Positions 1 through 11,720 of a stretch of DNA of 64,000 nucleotides are shown here, in pieces. How positions within the stretch are numbered: position 1 is the first letter of the stretch; every line of letters starts with the position of its first letter. This DNA comes from Neoechinorhynchus agilis (taxonomy: Eukaryota > Animalia > Acanthocephala). The notes beneath the pieces are model-generated. The model had not been told where the DNA came from, made no database searches, and worked only from the letters and a program-made list of their open reading frames with translations. The stretch covers positions 592,797 through 656,796 of the forward strand of contig CM121342.1 of assembly GCA_051530055.1 (NCBI GenBank). The letters are read 5' to 3'. The translations under genes were made by a program, and so were the position numbers.

Positions 1-2349
1 GATAAGAAGTTTTTGCATTAAATGGCCCTCTTAAGGGCCAATTAACGTTTTCTGAGATTTGGCAAATAAAGTTAAAAAATTTATTCTCTTTTTCGAATGA
101 AGTTTTCTAAAGAGCTAAAAATGCAAGCAATTTGACTGATCTCACCCTTATATGATTGCGAAAACGGACGTATCGATTGTCTCCTTTAATTATTCATAAA
201 TCGTGTTAAACATTGAATTTTATAACTTAAAGGTGCATTTACGTATTTTGGAAGTAAATATAGTATTTTTGGAATAAGACTCGAAGATGGGAAGCGAACG
301 TTAACATTATGTACTATTTCTATCGTAATATTTATCGCAGAAATGATTTTTATTTTATAAAATTGTTTTTTCCAGAAAGTCTGATAGGATGCAAAATGAA
401 CATAGCATTAAAAATATATTCGCATCACGTCTGCATTTACATGCAACAAATAATGAATAAGTTGGAAATGTCAGGCAAAATGAGGAAAGGAACAATCTAT
501 TATTAGGAAGAGTGCTTCAGAGAATCTGAAGATCGTCAATGATTTTTATACGAATGATTATTAGTCGAATACTTAAAAAATAAAACTTTACAAAAGTTAT
601 CAGGCGAAGGACAAAGGTTGGAACGTTAGGAGAATGTGATTAAAGTTCCAGAATCTGTACATGCCTAAAAGGTATTGCAGAATGTAGAGATTGAAGAGCC
701 AACATTGCATGAGTATCGAAAAGCATCATGATTGAAGCCTAGTGATAGAGAAGATGGGTGATTAATATGGTCACTGTTTGTATGAAGTAGAAATTCGAAT
801 AAGTTTAGACTCTTAAAGGTAAACACACGAACGCTTTTACGAACAAGACTAGAAAACAATTGGAGCGCTTTAATGCGTGATTTCAAGACTTGAGAAATAT
901 TATCATAAGAAATTTTTCATTGTTGCCAGTATTTTACCAGCAAATAAACTTCATTATTTAAGTATACTGATCATAAATTCAGACGCAACTAAAGTTACTA
1001 ACATAGGTTATTTGCAAGAAAACTTTCAGAGTTCATCTGGATTTCTTAGGTAAAACAACGGCGACTATAAATTATGCCTGAGTGAAATTTTTGATACCGG
1101 TTGAGAAACCAGCCTCGCGCATTGATGTTTAATTTTTTAAAGTTAAGGAGAAAAACAATAGTTATCGCCCTGGCGAAAAATAGTGCAAAAGTTTCAGACA
1201 ATTTCGAAGCGAAATAATATTGGCGAAAAATCCAAAACTTCTCTCCTTATGAGATCTTATATCTTCTTTCTTTTTTATTTTGAAACTTCTCTATTTTGAT
1301 TGAAAGTCCTCGAACGCCTATATGAACTGATTGAGTCCTTCATTGCATTTGAGGATTTTTATTGTTAACAATTTTAATAAAAAGTGATAGGCTTGTATTG
1401 AAATTTGCATAGATTTTTTTCTGTGTTTAAGTTTGGCATTTTTCACGACTGATAATTTTTCCTTGGGCGCGTATTGCTATTTGCTCCAACCGTGAAAAAG
1501 GTTACACTTAGACACAAAATAAAAGTAACGGACTAGCCAGATTTTAAAAAAATATAATTTTTATTTAAAGATTAAGATCAAAAGTTAAGTAAGCAATAGA
1601 ATGATTTATTTAAGAGCTGTCATCCTTCAAAAAACGGAATTCGGCTATTTCAAACAATGGCGAGCAAAATAAGAACCCTGGTAATAGAGAAGGATGATTA
1701 GAAAGTTTTAGGTCAGGAAACAGCGTTATTTTTTTGAGATAAATACATACGCTTAAACTATTTCTATATCATTGTTCGTCATTCTTCACGGCTTTATACA
1801 TTTTTTATACAATACAACTTTCAGTTAAATGTTCATAATCCAGTCGTAATTTTTTTATTATAGATAACAGTTTTCGGCCAATCGAATGTTAAAGAAATTT
1901 AAGCACATCTCTTAACATATTGAGAATGATCCAAATTTTTACTTTTATTTCTATATTAAATTGTGGAACATTTATAAATTACGGTCGGTGAAACTAATAA
2001 TAATAGAGGATAAATTCTGTGAGAAATAGAAACTCAATTACCATCAAGTAGCTGATTACAATCATTTTACAGGACATTGGCTTCCATGATAATTAAAGCA
2101 ACACGGACGATCTTTTGAGTTGCAAGTGTTTATTCTCGTCTCACAATTAAAATTTTTATTTATCCCTTGTTCTTTTTTTTATTATTTGTTACATTGTCAG
2201 CTGATTTTCCCGACCGCATGTATATATTTCTTTAAGCAATTATCGTGTCCAGCTATTTGGGCGCAAGCACCTTTTGCATTGCATTATCAGGTTATCGTGT
2301 ACCCGTTTGCGAAACTAAAACGCCAAACATGAAAAATGCGGATATTTAA

Positions 2350-2830
2350 ATGTTAGGAGGAAGCTTCTCACGCCATTCTGAGACCAATAGCGTAATTTGT
2401 CGGGCGTTGAGAACGGCGAACTTCCCCAACATCTTGGGTCGACTAGGCGGTCGTCGACCTGACGGAATTTCGGTCTTTCAATGGTGGGCGAGCAAAAGCT
2501 TTCTCTGGGACGCCCTCGCGGTAAGCAAGATTCCCTACTAAGGGAGGAAGGTATGAAAATATAGGATTTAGCAAGGCTCCACTATTTTGCCCTCTTTGGA
2601 GTAGAGACGCATGGAGCGCTTGGCAGCCCGGCACTCACTCTGCTCCAGGATCTCTCGAAGAAATTGAGAGAAACGACCGACGACGCACGAGCAGGTGTAT
2701 CCCTGCGACAAAATATCTCGCGCGCAGTACAACGAGGCAATGTTGCTAGAGTGATAGAGACCGCCGAGTAAGAAGAGAAGCTCCAATTTCGCGGATGGTG
2801 GTGATTGCACGTTTTGTGCTTTATTATTGT
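2350..2830 (+). mobile_element. CRE-clade non-LTR retrotransposon, decayed 3' fragment (restriction-like endonuclease region and 3' UTR)
   Basis: Translates across frames to GGSFSRHSETN..RRPDGISVF..WDA, GVETHGALG and LRQNISRAVQRGN. The 3' tail is nearly identical to 9700-9790. Confidence 0.85.
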
Positions 2831-4282
2831 AAGAAAAGTTAGTTGCTTCAAAAAAGTAACAAACCTGTACTTAAGTGTTAATGAAGACTCAAAGGTACAT
2901 GGGTTCTATTCTTTGGAATTTAATTAATAATCATTTACCGGGTGTAGACCTAAACAACAATTCCAATCATATTCCCCGGTACCTCACATATCGACAGTCC
3001 TATTCTTTGTTAATTAGCAAATAAACATGTAATTATATTATAATATGGAAGCGTTTCGTCCAGAAATAGCAATCGGTGCAAAGAATGGCAATAGTTGCAA
3101 TCACCAAAAAGAATGAGGGGCGTAATCACGATATTGAGTTAGTGGAGAGCCAAGATTTTTCGATTGGTTGTTTACTATAAATCGGAATTCAAATTAGGAA
3201 GCAATGAAAAATGCAGAACTCTGTTTGCAGGCAATATTTATGCATTCTAGAATGATTTCACAATTTAATTTTCATCATGTTGAGGATGAAGATAAAGAGA
3301 GTTTTAAAAATAATCTGTGACTATACTAAAAATCATCCTATTGTATCGCTTATATTTGTTCGAATACCATTCGTCCATACAAATTTCAAAAATGCAGTTC
3401 TTCGCAGCAACATGGGAACTCCGAACGATTGTCAAATTCCATGCAAGGAATGCGCAGAAAAACTAATTAAACTCGGGTAATCACAGAAAGTCTGATTGCT
3501 TGATCATTACGATATTTAAGATACCTTGGAATCTACAGAAGGGTCCCAACATTGTAATTCCAACGAACGTGGCAAAACTGTCTCCGCTAAACAATTTTCC
3601 ACCACTCGGACACTACGGAGTATGGTCTTTATATGGCCTTTGTTAGGCATGAATTCAATCGATTGCCAAACGCAGATGATGAGAAGATTCGATTGTGTAC
3701 GAAGACGAACCCTATTCTCATTCGCTTCTTCATGCTTACATCCTGTTGTTCCAACGTACAATTAGTTTTAATCTTCACGCGAGCTTGGAGCTCGATTTTT
3801 CGAATAATTTGAATATTTACATATTTGGCGAATCTTGTTGCTACATGGCAAACCGAAATGACCCTAAAGGAACTTCATTATTAGGCTAGATGATGAATAA
3901 ATCAATTAATACAAAAGGGCTGTCACTCGGCAAATGATTTTTTTTATTAAAGACGCTTTGCATTGTTTGAAGCTTTTACAGACATGCGATCGTGATAAAA
4001 TTTATGTATTTTGTTTTTCTCGCCTCATTAGTCTTCTAAGTCGACTTTACCAGCCACCGGGAGAAAATGCTTCTGAGTTTTAAGGAAGTTTTCCTGGTAG
4101 TAGTCAAAGCCGAGGTGTGAATATAATCGCTTTTTATCCGCAAATGACATCGAACGCCAACGAATTCGTTGAATAGAGGTTTTTATCACTTCGGTGTTTA
4201 CGATTTATACTGTTCAAGTATTTACAAAGCAAAGCACAATTCAATCTTTTTATTTTATCCTAACAAAACTATTGGATGTATT

Positions 4283-5056
4283 TTAGAGAGGCCCGTTCAA
4301 ATGATCAGAGCTATAAATCGTTGGGATGAAAATTGTAACAGATTCGTAATAATCTATAATCTTGTTTGGAAATTCAATGCTTGCAACTGCCGAATCGATA
4401 AATTCAGTACGGCCATCCAAGCGTCTAACGACATATTGATAACCGTTTTCATTCTTTTTCATTCCCACGATTTCGAATTGGCCATTTTCAAACTTACCCG
4501 TTTGACTCCTTTGTAAACCACGATCGTTGCCGCCTCCCCGGTGAGGTTCATCTTTAACAGAATAATTTTCCAAAGTAACAGTATTTTTTTCTGATTTCAA
4601 TCGAAATTTCCTCGGTTCATTTCCTTCTTGGCTCGAACCAACCTTCAAAGATCTCTCATCGCAATAAACATTCCATCTTTTTCGCAATGAATATGATTGT
4701 CTCTTGGTGTTTTGTTTAACTTCATATTGATCAATGAGTTCTTGGCTGTCAAAATTCTCAATTGGTACCCATGAACCTTGCTCAAGCGGATATCCGTGCC
4801 ATTTCTGTGGATACATTTCTCGTCCAACTAAAATCTTTTTGCCAAGGGCGCCTTCAACGACGAATCGTTCACCTCGTTCCTTCGGTGATTCATTTGCTTT
4901 AAAAACTTTCGATACTTCTTTATGTTCTAATTCTCCCTTTACCTTTGGATATGTGATTAAAGAACTTTTTCCAACTGGTTGACCCAATATTTTCTCTGAT
5001 GTTGAGCTCTCTGAATCATCTGAACTGTCTATTTTGGCTTTTCGTCCAAGCGGCAT
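4283..5056 (-). CDS. HP1/chromobox-family protein (chromodomain + chromoshadow domain), 257 aa, single ORF
   Basis: Chromodomain FVVE..KWHGYPLEQGSWVPIENFDSQELIDQYE keeps three cage aromatics (F/W/Y). A basic hinge follows, then C-terminal FEIVGM..YVVRR..EFIDSAVASIEFPNKIIDYYES, which matches a chromoshadow domain. Confidence 0.85.
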   Translation of the reverse strand: MPLGRKAKIDSSDDSESSTSEKILGQPVGKSSLITYPKVKGELEHKEVSKVFKANESPKERGERFVVEGALGKKILVGREMYPQKWHGYPLEQGSWVPIENFDSQELIDQYEVKQNTKRQSYSLRKRWNVYCDERSLKVGSSQEGNEPRKFRLKSEKNTVTLENYSVKDEPHRGGGNDRGLQRSQTGKFENGQFEIVGMKKNENGYQYVVRRLDGRTEFIDSAVASIEFPNKIIDYYESVTIFIPTIYSSDHLNGPL

Positions 5057-5281
5057 CTAAGGAAACGAACACATTTTTGGCCGTGATTTTTCCATTCCAC
5101 GAATAGCAACGTTTTTATTCTTTTCACTAGGGAAATGAATATACACTCAGATTAGGCCAAATTGTATAAATGGAAGCGGGCAGTATTTTGTAAATTAACT
5201 AATTAATAATTGCAAATATTAAATGCTTTTAATTTTGCGGATTTATGCTCAGTTGCTCTCACGAAATATTTTAAAATTCAA

Positions 5282-6155
5282 GACAAAATATCCAAAACGA
5301 ACACACCATTAAGGGCTTTTTAGGCGCTTTTATAAGAACTTCGTTTACAAAGCGTATAAAATCCTTTTAATCAATTGCGAGAACTAGCTTTAATCGACAT
5401 ATCAATAGTGACTTATTCAATTTATTTAACGCTTACAAACACGTAACGTGTTTTTTTATTAAAAAACGCTCATACTTTCACCGGCGAAAATTAGCTATTT
5501 AACTACAAATTTAGCAAATGACAAAATATCCAAAATGAACACATCATTAAAAGCTTTTTAGGCGCTTTTATAAGAACTTTGTTTACAAAGCGAATATAAT
5601 CCTTTTTGTCAATTGCAAAAATTAGTTTTAATTGACATATCAGCAGTGATTTAGTAACTTAATTTCGCGTTAGCAAACATGTAGCGTGTTTTTTATTAAA
5701 AAACGCTCATACTTTCACCGGCGAAAATTAGCTATTCAAATACAAATTCAGCAAATGACAAAATATCCAAAGGAACACATCATTAAAAGCTTTTTAGGCG
5801 CTTTTATAAGAACTTTGCTTACAAAGCGAATATAATCCTTTTTGTCAATTGCAAAAATTAGTTTTAATTGACATATCAGCAGTGATTTAGTAACTTAATT
5901 TCGCGTTAGCAAACATGTAGCGTGTTTTTTTATTAAAAAACGCTCATACTTTCACCGGCGAAAATTAGCTATTCAACTACAAATTCAGCAAATGACAAAA
6001 TATCCAAAATGAACACATCACTAAAAGCTTTTTAGCCGCATTTATAAGAACTTTGTTTACAAAGCGAATATAATCTTTTTTGCATATGGCAAAAATTAGT
6101 TTTAATTGACATATCAGCAATGAGTTAATCAATTTATTTCACGTTAGCAAACATG
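5282..6155. repeat. Tandem array of a ~237-bp unit, about 3.7 copies
   Basis: The anchor gacaaaatatcc recurs at 5282, 5520, 5757 and 5994. One inverted solo copy lies at ~23153-23390. Confidence 0.95.
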
Positions 6156-6346
6156 AAGTAGGCCCATAGGCAACAACGTCCTGCGTCAACAACTGCTCCA
6201 ATAGTTGTTGCTGATGATTTAGAATGGTTCGCAATAACCGTGCATTAGAGACTATGTGGTTATATCACTTCTTTGATGTAATTGGTTTGGCTTTATGCCT
6301 AAAAATAAGCCGGACAAGGAGGGGCAAACTAAAATTTAATGATGAT

Positions 6347-6450
6347 AATAACAAAATAGATAACTATAACACGCTAGATCATTCACACCACCGCTCTGGA
6401 TAACTCAGCTGCCGTCCGGGTATAACGGTCGAAAGGACGGATGCAGCGTT
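6347..6450 (-). mobile_element. Very short 5'-truncated CRE 3' end
   Basis: Translates to NAASVLSTVIPGRQLSYPERWCE*, the same C-terminus as the larger CRE at 15335-15460. Confidence 0.75.
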
Positions 6451-6788
6451 TCCAAGACATCTAATAGATATTTATTCACAGGAAAAGTGTTTTTTAACTC
6501 TTCTTAACTTGTGATTTCCAGATTTTGCGCAGATTATAGCCTTATACCCACAAAAGCCTTTTGTACATCAGCACTCCTGTTCTACTGATGACTACATCTC
6601 GATAATGTGTTATTACTTTTTACAATTTATTCTTAAGATCAAATCGTTTTATGAAAAAAAGGAAAAGGCCACAGAAAACAAAAATTTAAAACTGACCTTT
6701 ATTTTGATTAAATAAATATTTGAAGCATTTTGTCTATAAACTAATGAGTCACTAACGATTAGTCGAAACGCTCACGGCTCTTCATGAA

Positions 6789-8129
6789 CTATTTATCCTT
6801 CCTCGCTCCAGCATAAGCTACCAAAGGGTCGAAGCATCCTGCAAAGTCAGCAACTTGGTCTATCGAGAATATCGATCTACATTGCGTTCTTGGTCTATAC
6901 CTCTCAATGATCTTATTCTTTTTATAAACAAGTCGATTAATCATCTCTTGTTCTTGTTTATCTTCTGAGTTTTCTACAAGTAATGCCATTTGCTTGATTA
7001 TGTTATCGAATAGTGAATCAACGAAGTCAAGAATCTCACATAAACAAGGAATTTCTGTTGGAAGCTTTAGGGAATCCATGGTGCTCAGCGACTGTTCATT
7101 GCTTTTGATTTTAGCGACGTGTTCAGTCACCGGGAGAATAGCCGGTTTCATTTTGCCCTTTTCCATTCTGGTGATTTCTGTGGTTTCGGCATCTGTAATT
7201 TTCTCGCTTGTTTGATTTTGGGTTGTTGTCTCTGAAGTCACTACGGTCATCCGCGTTGTTGTTTCCTCCGCTTTTGACTCACTTGTTTGCTCTTGAATTA
7301 TTGATTCTATAGTCACTTCAGTCGCCGGCATTGTCGTTTCCTCTGCTGTTGTTTCCTCTGTCTTTGGCTCAGTTTGTTCTTCATTTGTTGATTCTGCAGT
7401 CGCATCCGTCGTCTCCATTGTCGTTTCCTCCGTTGTCGTTTCCTCTGTTTTAGGCTCGCTTGTTTGCTCTTCAGTTGTTGATTCTTTAGTCAACTCACTC
7501 GTCTGCATTGTCGTTTCCTCTATTGTTGTTTCCTCTGTTTTAGGCGCGCTTGTTTGCTCTTCAGTTGTTGATTCTTTAGTCGATTCAGTCGTCTCCATTG
7601 TCGTTTCCTCTGTTGTTGTTTCCTCTGTTTTAGGCTTGCTTGTTTGCTCTTCGGTTGTTGATTCAGTAGCCACGTCAGTAGTCTGAATTGTGGTTTCCTC
7701 TGTTGTTGTCATTGCCGATGAAGTCTTCAGATTATCGCAGAAGTGCACATTACAAATATCAATTTCTTCAGTTGAGAAGTCCGTTGTCGTTTCCTCTTCG
7801 AGCGATGCGACATCTTCTGTTGTTGACGCTTTCTGAAGACTTGAAAGTTTTCTAAATGTTGACCTATTCCATTGCTGATCATTATCATCAACATTTCCGA
7901 TCAATATCTCATCGAGTTGATCATCAGGCAGCACCAAGACCACAGCCCGCTCATCGTTCGCAAACCGGTTCTTTACCAAGTCGTATCTGTCATAGTTGGT
8001 GCTTGGTAATTGATCTCCTAGATAATCCGAAAAAATGTGCGGCGAATGTTCTCTTGGTCGTGGACGAGCGGAAGTTATATTGAAAAAACTGATTAAAGAG
8101 ATCACAGCACAAATTTCGAGTGTGTTCAT
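6789..8129 (-). CDS. Secreted Thr/Glu-rich mucin-like repeat protein, copy 1 (446 aa, 5 repeat units)
   Basis: Hydrophobic N-terminal signal-like segment, 30-aa repeats (TESTTEEQTSEPKTEETTTEETTM) and a Cys-containing C-terminal domain. The ORF is intact in all three paralogues. Confidence 0.85.
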   Translation of the reverse strand: MNTLEICAVISLISFFNITSARPRPREHSPHIFSDYLGDQLPSTNYDRYDLVKNRFANDERAVVLVLPDDQLDEILIGNVDDNDQQWNRSTFRKLSSLQKASTTEDVASLEEETTTDFSTEEIDICNVHFCDNLKTSSAMTTTEETTIQTTDVATESTTEEQTSKPKTEETTTEETTMETTESTKESTTEEQTSAPKTEETTIEETTMQTSELTKESTTEEQTSEPKTEETTTEETTMETTDATAESTNEEQTEPKTEETTAEETTMPATEVTIESIIQEQTSESKAEETTTRMTVVTSETTTQNQTSEKITDAETTEITRMEKGKMKPAILPVTEHVAKIKSNEQSLSTMDSLKLPTEIPCLCEILDFVDSLFDNIIKQMALLVENSEDKQEQEMINRLVYKKNKIIERYRPRTQCRSIFSIDQVADFAGCFDPLVAYAGARKDK

Positions 8130-8519
8130 TGAATTCAGTTCTCGGGAAAAGACACCTTTTATTTAATAGTCGACTTGATGGGCCGAGATCGGAAGTGTTT
8201 TTTCGACCGATGTTTATCGTTTTCTGTTGACTTTTTGTTTACACGAATTTATTTTCGAAGGCTTTTATTAAATATAAAAGCTTTTCCGCTACTTTTGCAT
8301 ATTATTTAGAAATCGCAGTTAATTACAATAAATTTTTACGACATTTGTGCTCATCTTCTAAAAATTCGAATTATGTCGTCAACCCATTCGAAGCTTTCAA
8401 GAATCCCAAGTTTTTCTTTGAGAAATGAAATGTATCCATCTGAATAAAACTGCTGCAAAAAACATTATTGGAAAACACGAAAAATCTGAGTTAAATAGAG
8501 CAATCGTGAAAAACGAAGA

Positions 8520-8615
8520 CTGTCAACGTCCTCTCTCTCTCTTAGTTCAACATCCTCTCTCTCAGTCAACGTCCTCTCTCTCGTCAACGTCCCTCTATTT
8601 CAGTCAACGCCCCCC
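8520..8615. repeat. Degenerate gtcaacgtcc(tc)n simple repeat at the module-1 breakpoint
   Basis: About five imperfect copies of gtcaacgtcctctctc. Confidence 0.8.
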
Positions 8616-8620
8616 ATTCA

Positions 8621-9790
8621 ATGAATGGTGAACGAGAATCGGGCAAGTATTCCGCTCTTATTGATGTTGCACTAAAGAAATGCTTTGAACGAGTTGCTAA
8701 AACTCTAAAGGACTCATTAATTGAAGTCATGAGCGCAGTTAGGGATGTATTAGCGGAGGCTATCCAGTACGAAATGGAAATTCTCAAAAATGAACAGTTG
8801 ATCGAAGTCAAAAAGTGTAAAAGGAAGAAAGCTAACGGTTCTAAAAGGCAGGCAAAGGTTTCAAAGGTGAATTCTAAGAAACAGACTAAAGGGGCGGATC
8901 CTGAGATACGCGCCTCCTACATGGCATATGCCGACGACATCGTATTGATGTCGTCAACAGTCGAAGGAGCTCAACGCATGCTAAATAGACTGTGGGAGAA
9001 GGCGAATATGATTGGTCTGACCAAGTCTATCTGGGACAGACCTCTCGTCGCGAGAGCTCACAGCTCTCTACTTTCAGGTTCTCGCGATGGGGTCGTCCGA
9101 GCTAGATTGTTGGCAGTTTCGACACGAGAATCAAGGGCGTGGTTGGAGGCTGTTCCTATGGTATCTGTGGGAACTCTTCTCACTGATGAGGTAACAATGA
9201 TCGCAGTGTCCTTAAGACCTGGTCTCCCGATCGGGTTTTTGGTTGATGCTTTCGGGCGACACAGTCTCGTTTGTCGAAAGTCAGGAGGGAGGTTCTCACG
9301 CCATTCTGAGATCAATTGCGTAATTTCTCGGACGTTGAGAACGGCGAACTTCCCCAACATCTTGGAACTCGTCCATCTTTGTCGATTAGACGGTTGTCGA
9401 CCTGACGGAATTTCGGTCTTTCCGTGGCGGGATGGCAAATGCCTTCACTGGGACGCCACGTGTGTGGACACTCTCGCGGTAAGCAACATTCCTTACTCTC
9501 TCGAAATCGCTGGATGTGCAGCCAGCGTAGCGGAAAGGGAGGAAGGTACGAAAATATAGAGAATTAGCAAAGACCCACTATTTTGTCCCCTTCGGAGTAG
9601 AGACGTATGGATCTCTCGAAGAAATTGAGAGAAACGACCGACGACGCACGAGCAGGTGTATCCCTGTGACAAAATATCTCGCTTGCAGTACAACTAGGCA
9701 ATGCTGCTAGCGTGATAGAGACATCCGAGGAATGAGCGAAGCTCCAATTTTGCGGACGGTGGTGATTGCACGTTTTGTGCTTTATTATTA
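8621..9790 (+). mobile_element. Composite retroelement debris: unknown helical segment + YADD RT fragment + CRE 3' part; one open frame spans 8621-9559
   Basis: SYMAYADDIVLMSS..GL (~8915-9020) joins SIWDRPLVARAH..RPDGISVFPWRDGKCLHWDATCVDT (CRE, from ~9023). The CRE 3' UTR matches 2740-2830. Confidence 0.8.
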
Positions 9791-10309
9791 GATTGTAGTT
9801 GTGTTTTTAAAAAAATATTGGCTTGTTTTAAAAAACAACGACAAATGCAATTTTTATCGATTCATTAGGACAAACAATAACCCTTTCATGTATCCTACAA
9901 ATATCTTGAAGGGATCGAAGGACATGGCCATTATTCGAAACGAATTTAGCAGTCTATCGAACCGAGAACTATTTTTACTTTATGAAGCTATATAATAGAT
10001 TCCAGGTCTGGGTTCAAGGATCCTTCTTAATATAACTTGAAGTTTACCAAACGATTATTATACACAATAATATTCATTGCAGTTCTAATTCATTAGTTAC
10101 CTAATGAGCTAGCTAGAGATTAAGATCATACTTACAAAGGGGAAGTAGAGGACGATGGGGACTATCACTCCGACAATCAACTGCTACGAACCTTCTGGAA
10201 TAAGTTGTATATAATAAATCCGATGGCCAAGACAGCTTAGCTCAAATATTTTGCATTTCCTTGATCACAGTTATCAATTTTCCATTTGCCAAAAATGGGC
10301 AAAATTTAT

Positions 10310-10718
10310 ATATACGGTTAACTAATGGAAGGATTCCAATCTTTTTTCAATTTTGGGAACTCAAATCTATTGAATGCACCAGTCGACTGTTACTTTCTTA
10401 TCGATATCAAAGGCACGGGCGTTGGTTCGGAATTGCCGACTACGTTACTCCTTGGACTGTCCAGCGATTGCTCAGTGGGTGATCGGGAACGACAGTCCAG
10501 TAGGATTTTCGCGGTCAACCGACCGTTTGAATGTTGCGAGATGCTTGTTTATACCCAAAGGGTTGTCCTTACAGCGCCCCAAATTTGGACAAATCAATAT
10601 TGTTTAGAAGAAACATTTGAAATTCTTGAAAGCGTCAAATGTGTTGACAATTTGCATTCATTTTAATCTTGAAGTAGAGCGAGTAAGGAGCGCAAGTAAT
10701 AACGTGGCGGTAAATTTT
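10310..10718. repeat. Unclassified ~400-bp interspersed repeat
   Basis: Related copies at ~22530-22850 (direct) and ~22905-23080 (inverted, partial). Confidence 0.8.
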
Positions 10719-10719
10719 T

Positions 10720-11010
10720 TCATTTGAGAGAGGTGCTTGTGGTATCCTTTTTCTTGCGACGGCCGCTATGTGTTGCTTTTTTGAGACCGATTTTGATGGG
10801 CCATTCAGGGAAGCCTCGTAATCTGAAAACTTTTTTGATCCTTTGTTTTTCTTCTTCCCAATACATGCTTTCTGAAGAAATCATCCTGGCCTTCTTGAAG
10901 TAGGACGTTACTGCTGTGATTTTGTAATGGGATGTTTGGTGGTTCGACCAGTGAGGTGAACCCCACGGCATACCTGGCTTGCGGTAGAGCTGTGTTTTGA
11001 TGTTGCCTTT
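10720..11010 (-). mobile_element. Penelope-like element fragment (RT C-terminal/thumb region)
   Basis: TQLYRKPGMPWGSPHWSNH..AVTSYFKKARMISS..GFP. Paralogous to 57087-57443. Confidence 0.75.
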
Positions 11011-11720
11011 ATCATCAAAGCTTTGATCCCTTATTTGTTGGTAGTCGCTATGGATGAAATCAGCAAACCGATCAATAAAGGTCCGCCATGGAACATGCTT
11101 TTCGCCGACGACATCGTCCTCCCCAGAGATCATTCCCAGGATCTCAATAGTGACCTAGAGAAATGAAGGGAAGTTCTGGAAAGTCAAGGTCTAAAAATTC
11201 CAGGGGGAGAAATCAATCTACGTGAGAATTAAAAGCATTTTCTTTCAAGAGACAGCGCTACAGAAATCCGACAAATTCAAGTACCTCGGCTCTATGGTGT
11301 CGATATGTAAAACAATATCACCGCCGAGATTTCATCGATAATAAATAACGGATGGATGAATTGGAAAAGCCTAACTGGGATCTTGTGTGGTTGCAAAGTA
11401 CTTCTGGTCTTGAAAGGCAGAATAATCAGACCAGCCATGTTATATAGGGCGGAGACATGGAACACCACTGCCAATCACATCAAGCGAATGCAGGGGCCCG
11501 AAATGAAAATGATTAGGTGGATGCGTGGGGTGACCAGGCAAGACGTGATCCCAAATAATGCGGTCCGGGGCTCAGCGAAGGTGGATAACATAAAGGAAGC
11601 TATCGCGAAACGGAGAATCAAATGGAGCGATATGGTGAAAGGTGAAGAGTCGAATCGATTTATTCGAAAAGTTGAGGAAATGGAAATCGAAGGGACCAGG
11701 AGGCGCGGGGTGTGTGTAAA
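11010..11720 (+). mobile_element. RTE-clade LINE RT fragment, decayed
   Basis: PYLLVVAMDEIS..PWNMLFADDIVL..LESQGLKI and LKGRIIRPAMLYRAETW..EMKMIRWMRGVTRQD. Confidence 0.85.

Larger units (their letters stand above)
6347..8518 (-). repeat. Segmental duplication module copy 1 (secreted gene + flanks + CRE 3' remnant)
   Basis: Reverse-complement match to ~19999-22070 and direct match to ~34955-36642. Confidence 0.9.

Noticed and set aside
6376-6450. ~80-nt element in five copies (6.4, 15.3, 22.0, 35.0, 59.7 kb) that first looked like a snoRNA or SINE
   Set aside because: It translates to the CRE C-terminus (AASVLSTV..PGRQLSDP) and is contiguous with the CRE ORF at 15.4 kb, so these are 5'-truncated retrotransposon ends.
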